This document shows, piece by piece, positions 47,020 to 56,889 of a DNA stretch of 64,000 nucleotides. The notes under the pieces are model-generated. The model was not told the DNA's origin. It made no database searches and worked only from the letters and a program-made list of their open reading frames with translations. Made by a program: the position numbers and the translations under genes. Each line of letters begins with the position of its first letter. Positions within the stretch are counted from its first letter, which is position 1. The DNA comes from Bacteriovoracaceae bacterium. Its GTDB lineage: Bacteria > Bdellovibrionota > Bacteriovoracia > Bacteriovoracales > Bacteriovoracaceae. The stretch is taken from the NCBI GenBank assembly GCA_018649885.1, contig JABIHA010000066.1, forward strand, positions 1 through 64,000. The letters run 5' to 3'.

Positions 47020-47931
47020 AAAGTCGACAATCTGTTGAAGGTGAAAATCAGGTTTAAAATTAGTAGATTTTTTGAAATTAGAGCTATCCACCATGCAAGT
47101 ATATTTTAAATGACTTAACTCAGGTGGTGGATAGTTAGTATAATGAATGGCCCACAATTTCTTCAAAAGAGATTTAGCAAAAAATTCTGGTAGTGGTACC
47201 GGTGATCTCTTTAACTTTTTCAAAAGATTTTTCAGTGAAATTGTTACTTCTGATGAAATATTGAAAATACCTTTAATTTGATTTTCTATACATAATTCAA
47301 TTGCGCTAAGAAGATCTTCTTCATGAATAACTTGAATCATGGGATTGAACCCTAAAAGAGTAATGGGTGATTTTAGTTTTAGATATCTAGTCGGTGCATT
47401 TTTAAGATTCCCAATAATATGACATGGCCTTAGGATCACAATATCCATTTCAGGGGCCTTCCAGAAATAATTTGAGGTGGTCATATCCATTTCAACAAGA
47501 TCATCTATAGCATCAAACCCTGAAGCACCTAAGAGTGGATGATCCTCATTAATAAACTGAGGATTCTCACTTCTTGGCCCATATACATTGGCACTAGATA
47601 ATAAAATAAATTTCTTTACGCCATGTTTTTTAGCAAGTTTCAAAAGTTTGTCGGTACCCATTACGTTAAAAGAATAATGCTCCTCTTGAGTCTTTCTTAA
47701 ATCGTGCATGATATTTAAATGAATAATAGTATCAATTTTATTTTCTGAAAAAAGTTTCTCAACCCTTTTCTGTCTTATATCAAAGGAATAGGTAAGATAT
47801 TTGTTATCTATTTTAGTGGCCCTTCGATCAAGACCTATAATGGAGTGACTACTTGAAATTCGCTCGGCCAACTTACTGCCCAGGTTTCCTAGAATGCCTG
47901 TTATCAGAATATTTTTTTTTGCAACTATCAT
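47011..47931 (-). CDS. NAD-dependent epimerase/dehydratase family protein
   Basis: ITGILGNLG, SSANVYG motifs. Confidence 0.85.
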   Translation of the reverse strand: MIVAKKNILITGILGNLGSKLAERISSSHSIIGLDRRATKIDNKYLTYSFDIRQKRVEKLFSENKIDTIIHLNIMHDLRKTQEEHYSFNVMGTDKLLKLAKKHGVKKFILLSSANVYGPRSENPQFINEDHPLLGASGFDAIDDLVEMDMTTSNYFWKAPEMDIVILRPCHIIGNLKNAPTRYLKLKSPITLLGFNPMIQVIHEEDLLSAIELCIENQIKGIFNISSEVTISLKNLLKKLKRSPVPLPEFFAKSLLKKLWAIHYTNYPPPELSHLKYTCMVDSSNFKKSTNFKPDFHLQQIVDFLK

Positions 47932-47933
47932 AG

Positions 47934-48773
47934 CTAAGTAAAATACCCCTCTCTTTCTGCTAGTCCCCTATTTATCAATACTTGGATTTTCTCTTGAACC
48001 TTTTTAACATTGATTTCTAAATTTTCATCTACATTTTCAGGGTAAATGGGAGGACCAAAATAAATATGATATTTCACTGGAAGTGGAAGCATCCCCATAG
48101 GACCGAGAATTGGAAAAAATGGAGTAATTGGAAGCCCTGGAGCCCCAAAGATCTTCCCTATTGATTTCAAATTATATATGGATGGAAATTGCTCTTCAGC
48201 TCCTATAACAGCAGTAGGAATAATGGGAACTTTAAACTCACTTGCCAATTCATAAAATCCCGTTGGGAATTTTTTGAGACGGTATTTTTCGAAGATTGTT
48301 TTGCTTATCCCCTTAATACCTTCGGGAAAAACAAGAATACTCTCCCCTCTCTCCATTAATATTCTAAAATTTTCAGGAGTGCCTGTAGCTTGCCCCCAAG
48401 CAGAGAAAAACTCACTGACAAAAGGAAGCGTTGGAACCCATTTTTCAAGCATTGATCTAAGAAGCACTGGAGGGTTCATCTCAAACATTAGTGCAGCAGT
48501 TACCATCATTGCATCAAATGGCACTTGCCCTGAATGATTACCCACAAACAAAGCATTTCTTGAAGGTATATTTGAAATTCCATGTACCTGGACACGAAAA
48601 TATTTATTGTAAAGGAAATCAATAGCTGGAACTGAAAATTTTATCCTGCTGGGATCTAAACCAAAGGGATCTTGACCCAACTCTTCCTGATCTTTGACTA
48701 TCTGGTTAAACCAAAATGTGATCCTATCTTTTAGTACAGTATTCATAGGGTAATTATCCATGGCAGCTCGCAA
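47934..48773 (-). CDS. Lysophospholipid acyltransferase family protein
   Basis: NHSGQVPFD, VFPEG and PIIP motifs. Confidence 0.88.
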   Translation of the reverse strand: MRAAMDNYPMNTVLKDRITFWFNQIVKDQEELGQDPFGLDPSRIKFSVPAIDFLYNKYFRVQVHGISNIPSRNALFVGNHSGQVPFDAMMVTAALMFEMNPPVLLRSMLEKWVPTLPFVSEFFSAWGQATGTPENFRILMERGESILVFPEGIKGISKTIFEKYRLKKFPTGFYELASEFKVPIIPTAVIGAEEQFPSIYNLKSIGKIFGAPGLPITPFFPILGPMGMLPLPVKYHIYFGPPIYPENVDENLEINVKKVQEKIQVLINRGLAEREGYFT

Positions 48774-48784
48774 AAGTAAATGAG

Positions 48785-50089
48785 CTATGTCAATTCTATA
48801 GGTGTACTCGCTTGAGCTACCTTCTGAAAATAAGAATCCAGCATTGATTTCTCAAACTCTACATTTGATTCGTATTCATAACCAAAAACAGGCTTCCACA
48901 GTGATTTGTTTTCCATGCAAAGATAAAAGAAAACATGGTCGTGCCAAGGCTTAAGGCTTTGATAAAGATGTGAAAACATCTCTACTTTGATATCCGCGCT
49001 GTAAGATAATTTTCCATCTGCCTGAACTAAAGGCATTTGAAGTACCTTGCTCATCACACCACTTTTACGAATATGAGTGATTACATTTTTTGTAAAAGTA
49101 AGTGTTCCTAGAGAAACCAAAGCCACTTCGCTCGCCAGAAAGCTCTCAGTTAAAATTTGGCAGATTCTTTCATAATCTTCATTGAAATTACTATAGTAAA
49201 ACATTGGATGAAAATGAAACCCTACTAGCACTCCTTTATCCGCAAGCTCCCTTGCAGACCTAATTCTCTGCTCTAGACTGGCAGTAAAATACTCTTCAGA
49301 TTTAATTATTTCGCTTGGATTTAGCGTCCAAGTACAAATCACATTTGAAGGAATTTCATTTTCTAAGAAAAATTTCACATTATTTGATTTAGTCTTAAAC
49401 TCTAAAATAATATTTGGGTTTTCTCTACAAAAAGTCATGAGATCATCTAGTATTCCGCCCTTATTTCCCAAAAACAAGGAGTCTGATGATTGACCTGTTC
49501 CTATATGATAACGCTTCTTAGGATCTAAATTTGCAGCTCTCAATTTTTCCAGCAAATTTGTCTCAAAGAAGATATCCTTATCAGAATTAAAAGTTTGAAT
49601 ACTACAATACGTACAACCAAATCCACAATTTGCAATTGTATCTAGTGTTTGCAAGTTACAGCAAAGAGTTTTCTCTGAAGCAACCGGACACTTCCCCAAT
49701 ATCTTATTGTTAAGTGGTTTAGTTGAAGGAAGAGTTTTTACTTTAATAGTATTTACATATTTCCCAGCGGTTTGGTGAAAACTTGAATAGTCTTTTTCAG
49801 AAGCCTTAATCTCTTCCCAGCTATTTTTTACTTTTTGGAAAATAGATTTCTTTAGTTGCTTTGAATTAAGATTCTTATTCAGATCAGTAGGCCAATATTC
49901 ACTTATATCCCCTTCACCCCACATAAAAAAATCAATTGAAATATCAACTAATTGCTTGAACTCTTGAAATGAAAAACCGTGTGTTTTCTGGGCGTCTTCT
50001 AAAAAGTCTCTCTGGGGCTTTTTTAAAAAATGAAAGAGTGTCGACTCTTTAAAAGTAACAAGCTTGTGATCAATTTCGACTGGCTCCAT
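48785..50089 (-). CDS. Spore photoproduct lyase-like radical SAM protein
   Basis: CGFGCTYC, IGTGQSSDS, LEFKTKS, GFHFHP and YLCME motifs. Confidence 0.85.
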   Translation of the reverse strand: MEPVEIDHKLVTFKESTLFHFLKKPQRDFLEDAQKTHGFSFQEFKQLVDISIDFFMWGEGDISEYWPTDLNKNLNSKQLKKSIFQKVKNSWEEIKASEKDYSSFHQTAGKYVNTIKVKTLPSTKPLNNKILGKCPVASEKTLCCNLQTLDTIANCGFGCTYCSIQTFNSDKDIFFETNLLEKLRAANLDPKKRYHIGTGQSSDSLFLGNKGGILDDLMTFCRENPNIILEFKTKSNNVKFFLENEIPSNVICTWTLNPSEIIKSEEYFTASLEQRIRSARELADKGVLVGFHFHPMFYYSNFNEDYERICQILTESFLASEVALVSLGTLTFTKNVITHIRKSGVMSKVLQMPLVQADGKLSYSADIKVEMFSHLYQSLKPWHDHVFFYLCMENKSLWKPVFGYEYESNVEFEKSMLDSYFQKVAQASTPIELT

Positions 50090-50300
50090 CTATTAAACCT
50101 TATTTAAAAATTAAACTCTTAGCTTAATTAAAAAGGTTGATCAAATATTGAAAACAGCAGGACGCGCAGCGCCCACCTTGTTCACTATTAGTCAATTTTA
50201 AGTACTCTATTAATTTATTATCAGTTCAAATTTGCCTACTTATCCTTTAATTTTAAATAGGTAAGAGGGGCTTAAGAGTCTCAAACAAAGGGGAGAAAAG

Positions 50301-50687
50301 ATGAAAACAATTATCATTAGTTTATTGGTTCTAGCAGCTACTACAAATGCGGCCATGGCCTCCGTAAGGCTTGGCGCTGTCACAATGTACGACTCTAGAA
50401 GTACACAAGCACTACACCTGGCAAAATGCCGATTTTCAAGAAATGTTGCCGTTTCAAAAGTACAGCTCTTGGTAAAAAACCAGCAAACAGACATTGACCG
50501 ACTGAGCTTCAAATTTCACAACGGTCAAAGCCAGAGCGTAGACGTTAGGGAGAACATTAGACCCGGAGGCAAAACACGCTGGATCGACCTTAAAGGGTCA
50601 AGAAGGTGCATCAAAAAAGTCACCATCACTGGCGATACAGATGGTTGGATGGCAGATCCTGCTAGAATTGTAATTTTTGGAAAATAG
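50301..50687 (+). CDS. Secreted DUF2541/YaaI-like protein
   Basis: Signal peptide; F.NG..Q..VR..I.PG..TRWIDL.G..RCI pattern. Confidence 0.6.
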   Translation: MKTIIISLLVLAATTNAAMASVRLGAVTMYDSRSTQALHLAKCRFSRNVAVSKVQLLVKNQQTDIDRLSFKFHNGQSQSVDVRENIRPGGKTRWIDLKGSRRCIKKVTITGDTDGWMADPARIVIFGK

Positions 50688-50747
50688 AATTTAATAAAAG
50701 GAGGCCCTCAAGAGGAGGAGCACATTTTCCTTTGAGGGCCACCCACC

Positions 50748-50781
50748 CAATGGGAAGAGCATAGCTCTTCCCATTGTTTTT
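50748..50781 (+). terminator. Intrinsic terminator
   Basis: CAATGGGAAGAGC-ATA-GCTCTTCCCATTG plus TTTTT. Confidence 0.85.
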
Positions 50782-50964
50782 AGGGGTTTATATTAAGTTT
50801 TCTTAACTCTACTGATAAGAAAAAATTCCGTCAATGCTTAACAAGATACTCCGCCCAACCAAAAATAATAGCACAGCGTCGTAAAATTAAAATAGACACA
50901 TTGCCAATTCTCTAAAACTTGGATAAAAACAGGTCAAATATTTACTCAGAAGTTGTCGAAATCT

Positions 50965-51462
50965 ATGAAATGTCCATTTTGCTATGCCCAAGATACAAAA
51001 GTTGTCGACTCCCGGCCGGTACAAGACGGACTTGGGACAAGACGTCGAAGAAAATGTGAAAATTGTCAAAAAAGGTTTTCAACTCTCGAAAAAGCAGAGA
51101 TGGCCATGCCGCTTGTTATAAAAAATGACGGCCGTAGAGAAAACTTTGATAAAGCAAAAATCCAAGACGGGATTGAGAAGGCTTGCCAAAAAAGACCAGT
51201 AGGTACCAGCCAAATAGAAAATATTGTTGGCAGCGTAGAAAGAAATGTAATTGAAAAAGGTGTTAAAGAAATAAGTACCAAGACAATTGGCGAATTCATA
51301 ATGAGCTATCTTCGGATTTTAGATCCTGTTGCTTATGTTAGATTCGCTTCAGTCTACAAAACATTTCAAGACATAGATGAATTTGTAAAAGATCTAGAAG
51401 AAGAGTTACCGTCAAAAACCTATCAAAATAGTTCTGGCAGTCAGCCCGAGGCCACACAGTGA
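50965..51462 (+). CDS. nrdR: Transcriptional repressor NrdR
   Basis: [30 protein letters not shown]. Confidence 0.95.
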   Translation: MKCPFCYAQDTKVVDSRPVQDGLGTRRRRKCENCQKRFSTLEKAEMAMPLVIKNDGRRENFDKAKIQDGIEKACQKRPVGTSQIENIVGSVERNVIEKGVKEISTKTIGEFIMSYLRILDPVAYVRFASVYKTFQDIDEFVKDLEEELPSKTYQNSSGSQPEATQ

Positions 51463-51902
51463 CACCTAGAACCAAAGCAAGAGAATTTGCCTTTAAATTT
51501 ATCTATCAACTGCATTTTCAAGATGAATTAAAACAATATAGTGTAACCGACACAAAAGACTTCGGTGAACAATTTGGACAATTTCTAAGCCAAGTTGATG
51601 AAAGCTATATGGGCGAGCTTGAGGAAAATGCAAGAATTTTTTCAATAGAGCTCATTTTAAATTGCTTAAACAATTACGATGAACTTGAAAGCCAAATCTC
51701 TGGGCACTTAAAAGGTTGGAAAATACCTCGCTTGCAAAAAATTGATTTTGCACTACTTGTGCTATCAAGTGCTGAACTCCTATATTCAAAAGATACTCCA
51801 AAAGCAGTTGTCATTAATGAAGCTATTGAGCTGGCGAAAAAATATGGAGGAAAAAACTCCTCCTCTTTTGTAAATGGAATTTTAGACTCCATTGGAAATT
51901 AA
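51459..51902 (+). CDS. nusB: Transcription antitermination factor NusB
   Basis: [22 protein letters not shown] and FVNGILD motifs. Confidence 0.93.
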   Translation: MTPRTKAREFAFKFIYQLHFQDELKQYSVTDTKDFGEQFGQFLSQVDESYMGELEENARIFSIELILNCLNNYDELESQISGHLKGWKIPRLQKIDFALLVLSSAELLYSKDTPKAVVINEAIELAKKYGGKNSSSFVNGILDSIGN

Positions 51903-51904
51903 GT

Positions 51905-52327
51905 ATGTTTGTAGATGAAATTGGAACGTCTTTTTTAGATTCTGTATCGACGAACTGCAGAGGCATTATATGCTCAAAAAATATGCAATCTATGCATAAG
52001 GCGGTTCGAACTGGCTTAAATTATATACTAGATGGTCAACTGACGACTTCAAATTCTTTAGCTGATGATCAACACAGCCTCTTTTTTTCAAATAATAGTG
52101 GATTCCCTTTCTTTGTTTTATTAATCCCAGGAGCCATACAACCCAAAAAACTGGAAGATGTATTCTCACTTATTGAAAAAACAATCAATCAAACTGAAAT
52201 GCCTTCCATAGAAGAAATTGCAGAAAAAATATTATTTATTGATCAGCAATCTAACTCTTCTTCAAAAGTCATAAATTCATTTAAAAAAGTTTTTCCAAAA
52301 ATAACTATTGAGTTTTTAAAAGTCTAG
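51905..52327 (+). CDS. Hypothetical protein
   Basis: Coupled to nusB; LNYILDGQL. Confidence 0.6.
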   Translation: MFVDEIGTSFLDSVSTNCRGIICSKNMQSMHKAVRTGLNYILDGQLTTSNSLADDQHSLFFSNNSGFPFFVLLIPGAIQPKKLEDVFSLIEKTINQTEMPSIEEIAEKILFIDQQSNSSSKVINSFKKVFPKITIEFLKV

Positions 52328-53489
52328 ACCTTGAAAATTGCCAAATTTTTCTTCTTCCCATATTGACCTCTAACATATGATTGAAAATAGATGGGCAAAA
52401 ACTAAGAATCCACAAAGCAACTCTTCTCACCCAGGGGAAATAAGTAAAGACTAGTGCAAGAGAGGTCACTCTCAAATAATTCGTTTTAATATTCACAATC
52501 TTACTTATGTAACTCTGAACCCCACTGGCATGGCCAAGGCTAAAAATATTCTCTGCGAGTAACTTCGATTGCTCGAATGAAAGAGATAAACCCTCCCCTG
52601 TAATTGGGTCAAAGAAAAGACAACTATCTCCAACGAGAATCACTTGACCTTGAATTGGCCCTTTAGATCCTGTAGGAAGTGGTCCATAACTTCTGAGTGG
52701 ACTTAGCTTTTCTACTCCTTCGACTTTTTTCTCTAGTTCGGGAAAAAAGCTAAATAGACCTGACTCTAGACCACTGCTTTTACCTTTGCCTTGGGGTTTT
52801 ACAACATCATGATCCCACCCAAAAACAAACTCTACTATTTCTTCAGATACGGGGGCCACATAACACTCGATGCCTTTATTCCACCACACATCCACACAAT
52901 CACTCCAAGGTGCCATTTTAAAATGTGCTCTAGCGCCGATCCTCTTTTTATCACTAGGAGGACTTGAATCCATATTGGCGATTTTTCTAACCCTTGAGCG
53001 AATGCCGTCACAGCCAATTATATAATCAAAATTTTCAATGCTTTGTTCACTGCCTGAAGAATCATCCCTCACATAGACCGTGATTTTACTATCATCTAAT
53101 TTAAAATTGATGAATTCAGTAAAAGGATGCAAGCTTATACTGGGATATTCACAAGCCTTTTTATAAAGTGCTTGGCTTAGGGCCGTTCGCCTAACAACAT
53201 AGCCTGTCCCAGACTGGAACTCTCCGCGGGCCTTCCCCTTTCCAAGACAATCAATATAATTAATGCCAACAAATTTTCTATAAAACTTGCTATCAATTAA
53301 CTCAAAGACTCCAAATTCTTTTAGTATTTCTACACCCGAGGGCATAATCCCTTCACCACACACTTTATCTATTGGCCAAGAAGATTTCTCAATCAGGGCG
53401 ACCTCTACACCTTTACGTGCGAGCGCAATGGCCGACATCATCCCCGAGGGTCCTCCTCCAATAATCGCAATTTTCAGTTCACTTTTCAT
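52305..53489 (-). CDS. FAD-dependent oxidoreductase/monooxygenase
   Basis: GGGPSG, DKVCGEG, GCDG and GD...DPITGEG motifs. Confidence 0.88.
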   Translation of the reverse strand: MKSELKIAIIGGGPSGMMSAIALARKGVEVALIEKSSWPIDKVCGEGIMPSGVEILKEFGVFELIDSKFYRKFVGINYIDCLGKGKARGEFQSGTGYVVRRTALSQALYKKACEYPSISLHPFTEFINFKLDDSKITVYVRDDSSGSEQSIENFDYIIGCDGIRSRVRKIANMDSSPPSDKKRIGARAHFKMAPWSDCVDVWWNKGIECYVAPVSEEIVEFVFGWDHDVVKPQGKGKSSGLESGLFSFFPELEKKVEGVEKLSPLRSYGPLPTGSKGPIQGQVILVGDSCLFFDPITGEGLSLSFEQSKLLAENIFSLGHASGVQSYISKIVNIKTNYLRVTSLALVFTYFPWVRRVALWILSFCPSIFNHMLEVNMGRRKIWQFSRSRLLKTQ

Positions 53490-53833
53490 AGGTGGATTTT
53501 ATGATAATGGTGATTGATCTAAAATACAAAAGAGCATGAATTTATCCAAACTTCATCAGTTTTTCATCATCCTGCCCAAAAGAACAAACCATGTAAAATT
53601 ACAAAGTATCATCTTGTCATTCCATTTTATCATCTTGGAAATAAAATAGATTCGTTTCCAATAGAAGAAAGAATGTTGGATACTTTCTCACATTGGAGGG
53701 GAAAGCAAAACGCTTTCAGCATGACAATCTTCCGAAAGAGAGCGCAGAGTTTTTCATGGGTAGCGAGTGTTTCATAATTCCCACCCAGTGATTTTTTATA
53801 CCGAATGGTAAGAAGAATCTTATTCAGAGCAAG

Positions 53834-53865
53834 AAAGCCCCTTACTACTCAGGGGCTTTTTTTTT
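53834..53865. terminator. Terminator hairpin
   Basis: AAAGCCCCT-loop-AGGGGCTTTTTTTTT. Confidence 0.75.
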
Positions 53866-54367
53866 ACAATTTTTTACAAATAATTTTTGTTTCAAGAATA
53901 ATTTGATCTAAATCTGGACTATTTAATTTTTCCATTTCTTCCTCAGAATAAACCTCTCTAAGCTCGTCCTCAACTCTTAAATCATTAACCTCTAAGTCAC
54001 CTATTATTCTTCCTGCTCTCTTACTTTGCAGCTGAGTAAGTTCATTGTAATCAAAAGTTGCAGAAAGCCACTTTTCGCAAAAATCAGAATAAGATATTTC
54101 AATTTTCCCATCTACTACTTCAGGGCTTTCAATAAGACCGACATATGAGTAAGTGGAGTCATTTAAACTATTTTTAGGGATTTCATGCTTAGGGTTTTTT
54201 GATAATACGTCAATAAATACCAATTTATTTTTGAACCAAGGTAGGTAATTCGTAAATTTCCCTGTTTCAAGGGTGCACTCTATTGATAATGGTTTCGAAT
54301 CAATTGCCTCTGCAGAGTGGGTGACAAATGAGATTGTTAAACTTAATGCAACTAACATAGTCTTCAT
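53864..54367 (-). CDS. Hypothetical secreted protein
   Basis: AAGGA RBS; MKTMLVALSLTISFVTHSAEA signal peptide. Confidence 0.7.
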   Translation of the reverse strand: MKTMLVALSLTISFVTHSAEAIDSKPLSIECTLETGKFTNYLPWFKNKLVFIDVLSKNPKHEIPKNSLNDSTYSYVGLIESPEVVDGKIEISYSDFCEKWLSATFDYNELTQLQSKRAGRIIGDLEVNDLRVEDELREVYSEEEMEKLNSPDLDQIILETKIICKKL

Positions 54368-54495
54368 GGTGATTTCCTTTTTTTCCATCTTCTATAAGTT
54401 ACCCAAGTGACTGGCTAGACTGGGTGCTCAAAAAAATGTAATCTTTACACAAAAAGCCTTTAAACTAGAGTTAAGGTTCAGCTAAGGGGAGCTTT

Positions 54496-55155
54496 TTGCA
54501 AGAAAACTACTGGAACAATCGATGGATTACAGGGCAAACAGCCTGGCATATGTCAGAAACGAACCCAAGGCTTAAAGAGCATTTTCACTTATTGGAATTA
54601 ATAAAAGGGGATAGTGTATTTGTTCCACTTTGTGGACAAAGTTTAGATTTAAACTTTCTTCTTGAAAAAGATCTATGTGTTACAGGTTTAGACATATCCC
54701 CAGTAGCTGCTTACAAATCTTTCGAGTCCCAAAGCGTTGGATTCAAAAGTTACCCACTTGAAAGTGGCCAAGTGGTACAAGCAATGAGATCTAAGCTCAC
54801 TTATATAATTGGCGATTTTTTTAAAACTATTCCAAGACTGTCCTTAAATTTTATGGCCATTTGGGATAGAGCTTCACTTGTGGCCATATCTCCAGATACA
54901 AGAAAAAAATATGGTGAAATCAATTCCCAAATATTATCTGACAATGGGAAAATACTACTCGACACAATCTCATACGAATCAAGTGAATTACTGGGGCCTC
55001 CTTTTTCTGTGAATATTGAAGATGTTAAAAATATTTATCCAGGGTTTAAAGTTGAGCAAATCCTGTGCAGTAATTTCCCTACGACAAAACCTCGTTTTCT
55101 TGAAAGTGGTATAAATGAATTAACACAAAATCTTTTTGTACTTTCAAGAGCATAG
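54496..55155 (+). CDS. tpm: Thiopurine S-methyltransferase family protein
   Basis: WNNRW, VFVPLCG, WDRASLVA and GPPFSV motifs. Confidence 0.88.
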   Translation: MQENYWNNRWITGQTAWHMSETNPRLKEHFHLLELIKGDSVFVPLCGQSLDLNFLLEKDLCVTGLDISPVAAYKSFESQSVGFKSYPLESGQVVQAMRSKLTYIIGDFFKTIPRLSLNFMAIWDRASLVAISPDTRKKYGEINSQILSDNGKILLDTISYESSELLGPPFSVNIEDVKNIYPGFKVEQILCSNFPTTKPRFLESGINELTQNLFVLSRA

Positions 55156-55222
55156 TTCACAATGGTGACGGTTTTCCCTACGTCAACCCCCGATAGTTTT
55201 TTAGTTTTTTAATTTTTCATAC

Positions 55223-55250
55223 CTTGACACTGGCCTTTATTGAACCATCT
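55223..55250 (+). promoter_or_regulatory. Putative heat-shock-type promoter of hsp20
   Basis: CTTGAC..ACCATCT resembles sigma32 CTTGAA/CCCCATNT; also contains TTGACA. Confidence 0.45.
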
Positions 55251-55315
55251 TTGGAATAGAGGTGGGGGATCACTATACTCTCCCAATAAATTTTATTTCA
55301 AACTGGAGTTTAAAT

Positions 55316-55753
55316 ATGACACTTGCACTTAGAAGAAATTTTTGTAAACCTACAACCAACTCCCTAGACAGTGATTTCTTTCACGATTTCTTTTCGGACT
55401 TAGGTCTTAAAACCTCCCATGAGGAACAAAGTATTAATCCTAAGATTGAGTTTTATGAAGATGATAAAAGATTCATCTTCCTGGTAGAAGTTCCTGGGAT
55501 GAAAAAAGAGGATATTGCTCTTACTACTGAGAATGGACTACTTAAAATCAAAGGTGAAAAGAAGAGAAAAATGACTGATAACTCTGATGGAATTTTTAGA
55601 AGCGAAATTTCCTACGGAAAATTCGAAAGAGTTTTTAAACTTCCTTTGAATATTTCAACAAAAGAACTTGAAGCAAAACTTGAAGATGGTATTTTAAAAC
55701 TAACTCTTCAAAAGAAGGAAGAACTCAAAAGTAGAGAAATAGAAATCAAATAA
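55316..55753 (+). CDS. Hsp20/alpha-crystallin small heat-shock protein
   Basis: EVPGMKKEDI, EISYGKFER and LEDGILKL motifs. Confidence 0.92.
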   Translation: MTLALRRNFCKPTTNSLDSDFFHDFFSDLGLKTSHEEQSINPKIEFYEDDKRFIFLVEVPGMKKEDIALTTENGLLKIKGEKKRKMTDNSDGIFRSEISYGKFERVFKLPLNISTKELEAKLEDGILKLTLQKKEELKSREIEIK

Positions 55754-55755
55754 AT

Positions 55756-55792
55756 AAAAAAAGGGTTAAAAGAAATTTCCTTTAACCCTTTT
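55756..55792. terminator. Bidirectional terminator
   Basis: AAAAAGGGTTAAA-loop-TTTAACCCTTTTT. Confidence 0.8.
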
Positions 55793-55817
55793 TAACTATT
55801 TTACTAAAAATGATTTT

Positions 55818-56066
55818 TTATTCGCATCTACCTTTGTCTTCAAGTCTTTGTAAAAGACCTGCAGCATCGCTATAGGTATACCAGTATTGATTAAATGGTT
55901 GGCCATCTAATGCAACTCTATAGTGATCTCTTCCTTCTCTTTTTTCCAGCTTACAACCTGAGTCAGTAGAAGCAATATACCTGCTACCCTCAGCCTTGTG
56001 ACTTGTGGATGAACAACCTACGGCCATCATAGACATGACAACTAATAGGAGCGCGTAATTTTTCAT
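55818..56066 (-). CDS. Small hypothetical lipoprotein
   Basis: GGAG RBS; lipobox AVGC. Confidence 0.72.
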   Translation of the reverse strand: MKNYALLLVVMSMMAVGCSSTSHKAEGSRYIASTDSGCKLEKREGRDHYRVALDGQPFNQYWYTYSDAAGLLQRLEDKGRCE

Positions 56067-56115
56067 GTGTTTTCCTCCATTTTTCTACTTTTCCCAAAAG
56101 CATTTACTGCAAAAC

Positions 56116-56142
56116 TTTTCGGTAAGCTTGATCATTCACTTA
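56116..56142 (-). promoter_or_regulatory. FliA-like promoter upstream of the small lipoprotein
   Basis: Minus strand TAAG-N15-ACCGAAAA. Confidence 0.4.
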
Positions 56143-56268
56143 AGGTATTTACGAGAAAACATTGCCGATTCCTTTCATTTCGACTCTTTAACCAGCTAAT
56201 ATTAAACAAAATACCTTTTAACCGACTATCTAACTCAATTGGCGACCCAATCTACCGAAGGGTAAGCC

Positions 56269-56871
56269 ATGCAAAATATAAGGTACGGCTTAATTCTAAT
56301 AATTTTAGTGCTCACCTTCCCACTCAATTCTAGTGGAGAGAGCACTGGCACTATTGCTAGTGAGCAAGTACCGGAGAAGCCCTTTCAGGTTAGTATTTCC
56401 TTTAATCGTCAGCACAAGAGCATTATTGTATTTGAAGACGAGCTGACCTTCTGGGAGAACGATGGAATAATCCTTCTTAAGGTCAAAGAATGTAATAAGA
56501 GAATGGTCAAGGGTCTTGTGAACTCAATTAAGTATGTCCTTAATACAAGCTTAATTTACCATAACCCTCAAAAACATCTACGCGAAGTATATTTTCATTA
56601 TAAAGGTGAAAATAAGATTGCACCTTACAACTCAAGAATAGGCAACTACCTTAGAAGACTGAGTGAGCATGTCACAAAAATCTTCAGCAACTCGAAGGTC
56701 AGCTGCATTGTTCCTAAGGAAATGGAAATATTTCATCCAATGTACAGCCGAATTCAGTTCTGGGTGGAGAGAAAAGACAAACACAAAGTTGGAAGACCAT
56801 ACCATTGGTACGAATTTCCCAAACATCACCGTGAAGTTTACATTCCTTTTTGGTATGATCCCGAATATTAA
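56269..56871 (+). CDS. Hypothetical secreted protein
   Basis: Signal-like N-terminus; 200-aa ORF. Confidence 0.6.
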   Translation: MQNIRYGLILIILVLTFPLNSSGESTGTIASEQVPEKPFQVSISFNRQHKSIIVFEDELTFWENDGIILLKVKECNKRMVKGLVNSIKYVLNTSLIYHNPQKHLREVYFHYKGENKIAPYNSRIGNYLRRLSEHVTKIFSNSKVSCIVPKEMEIFHPMYSRIQFWVERKDKHKVGRPYHWYEFPKHHREVYIPFWYDPEY

Positions 56872-56889
56872 ATTTGTTGGAGAAAGATT

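Noticed and set aside
53520..53830. Possible decayed ORF on the + strand
   Set aside because: Only short broken frames with no recognisable family; cannot be supported.
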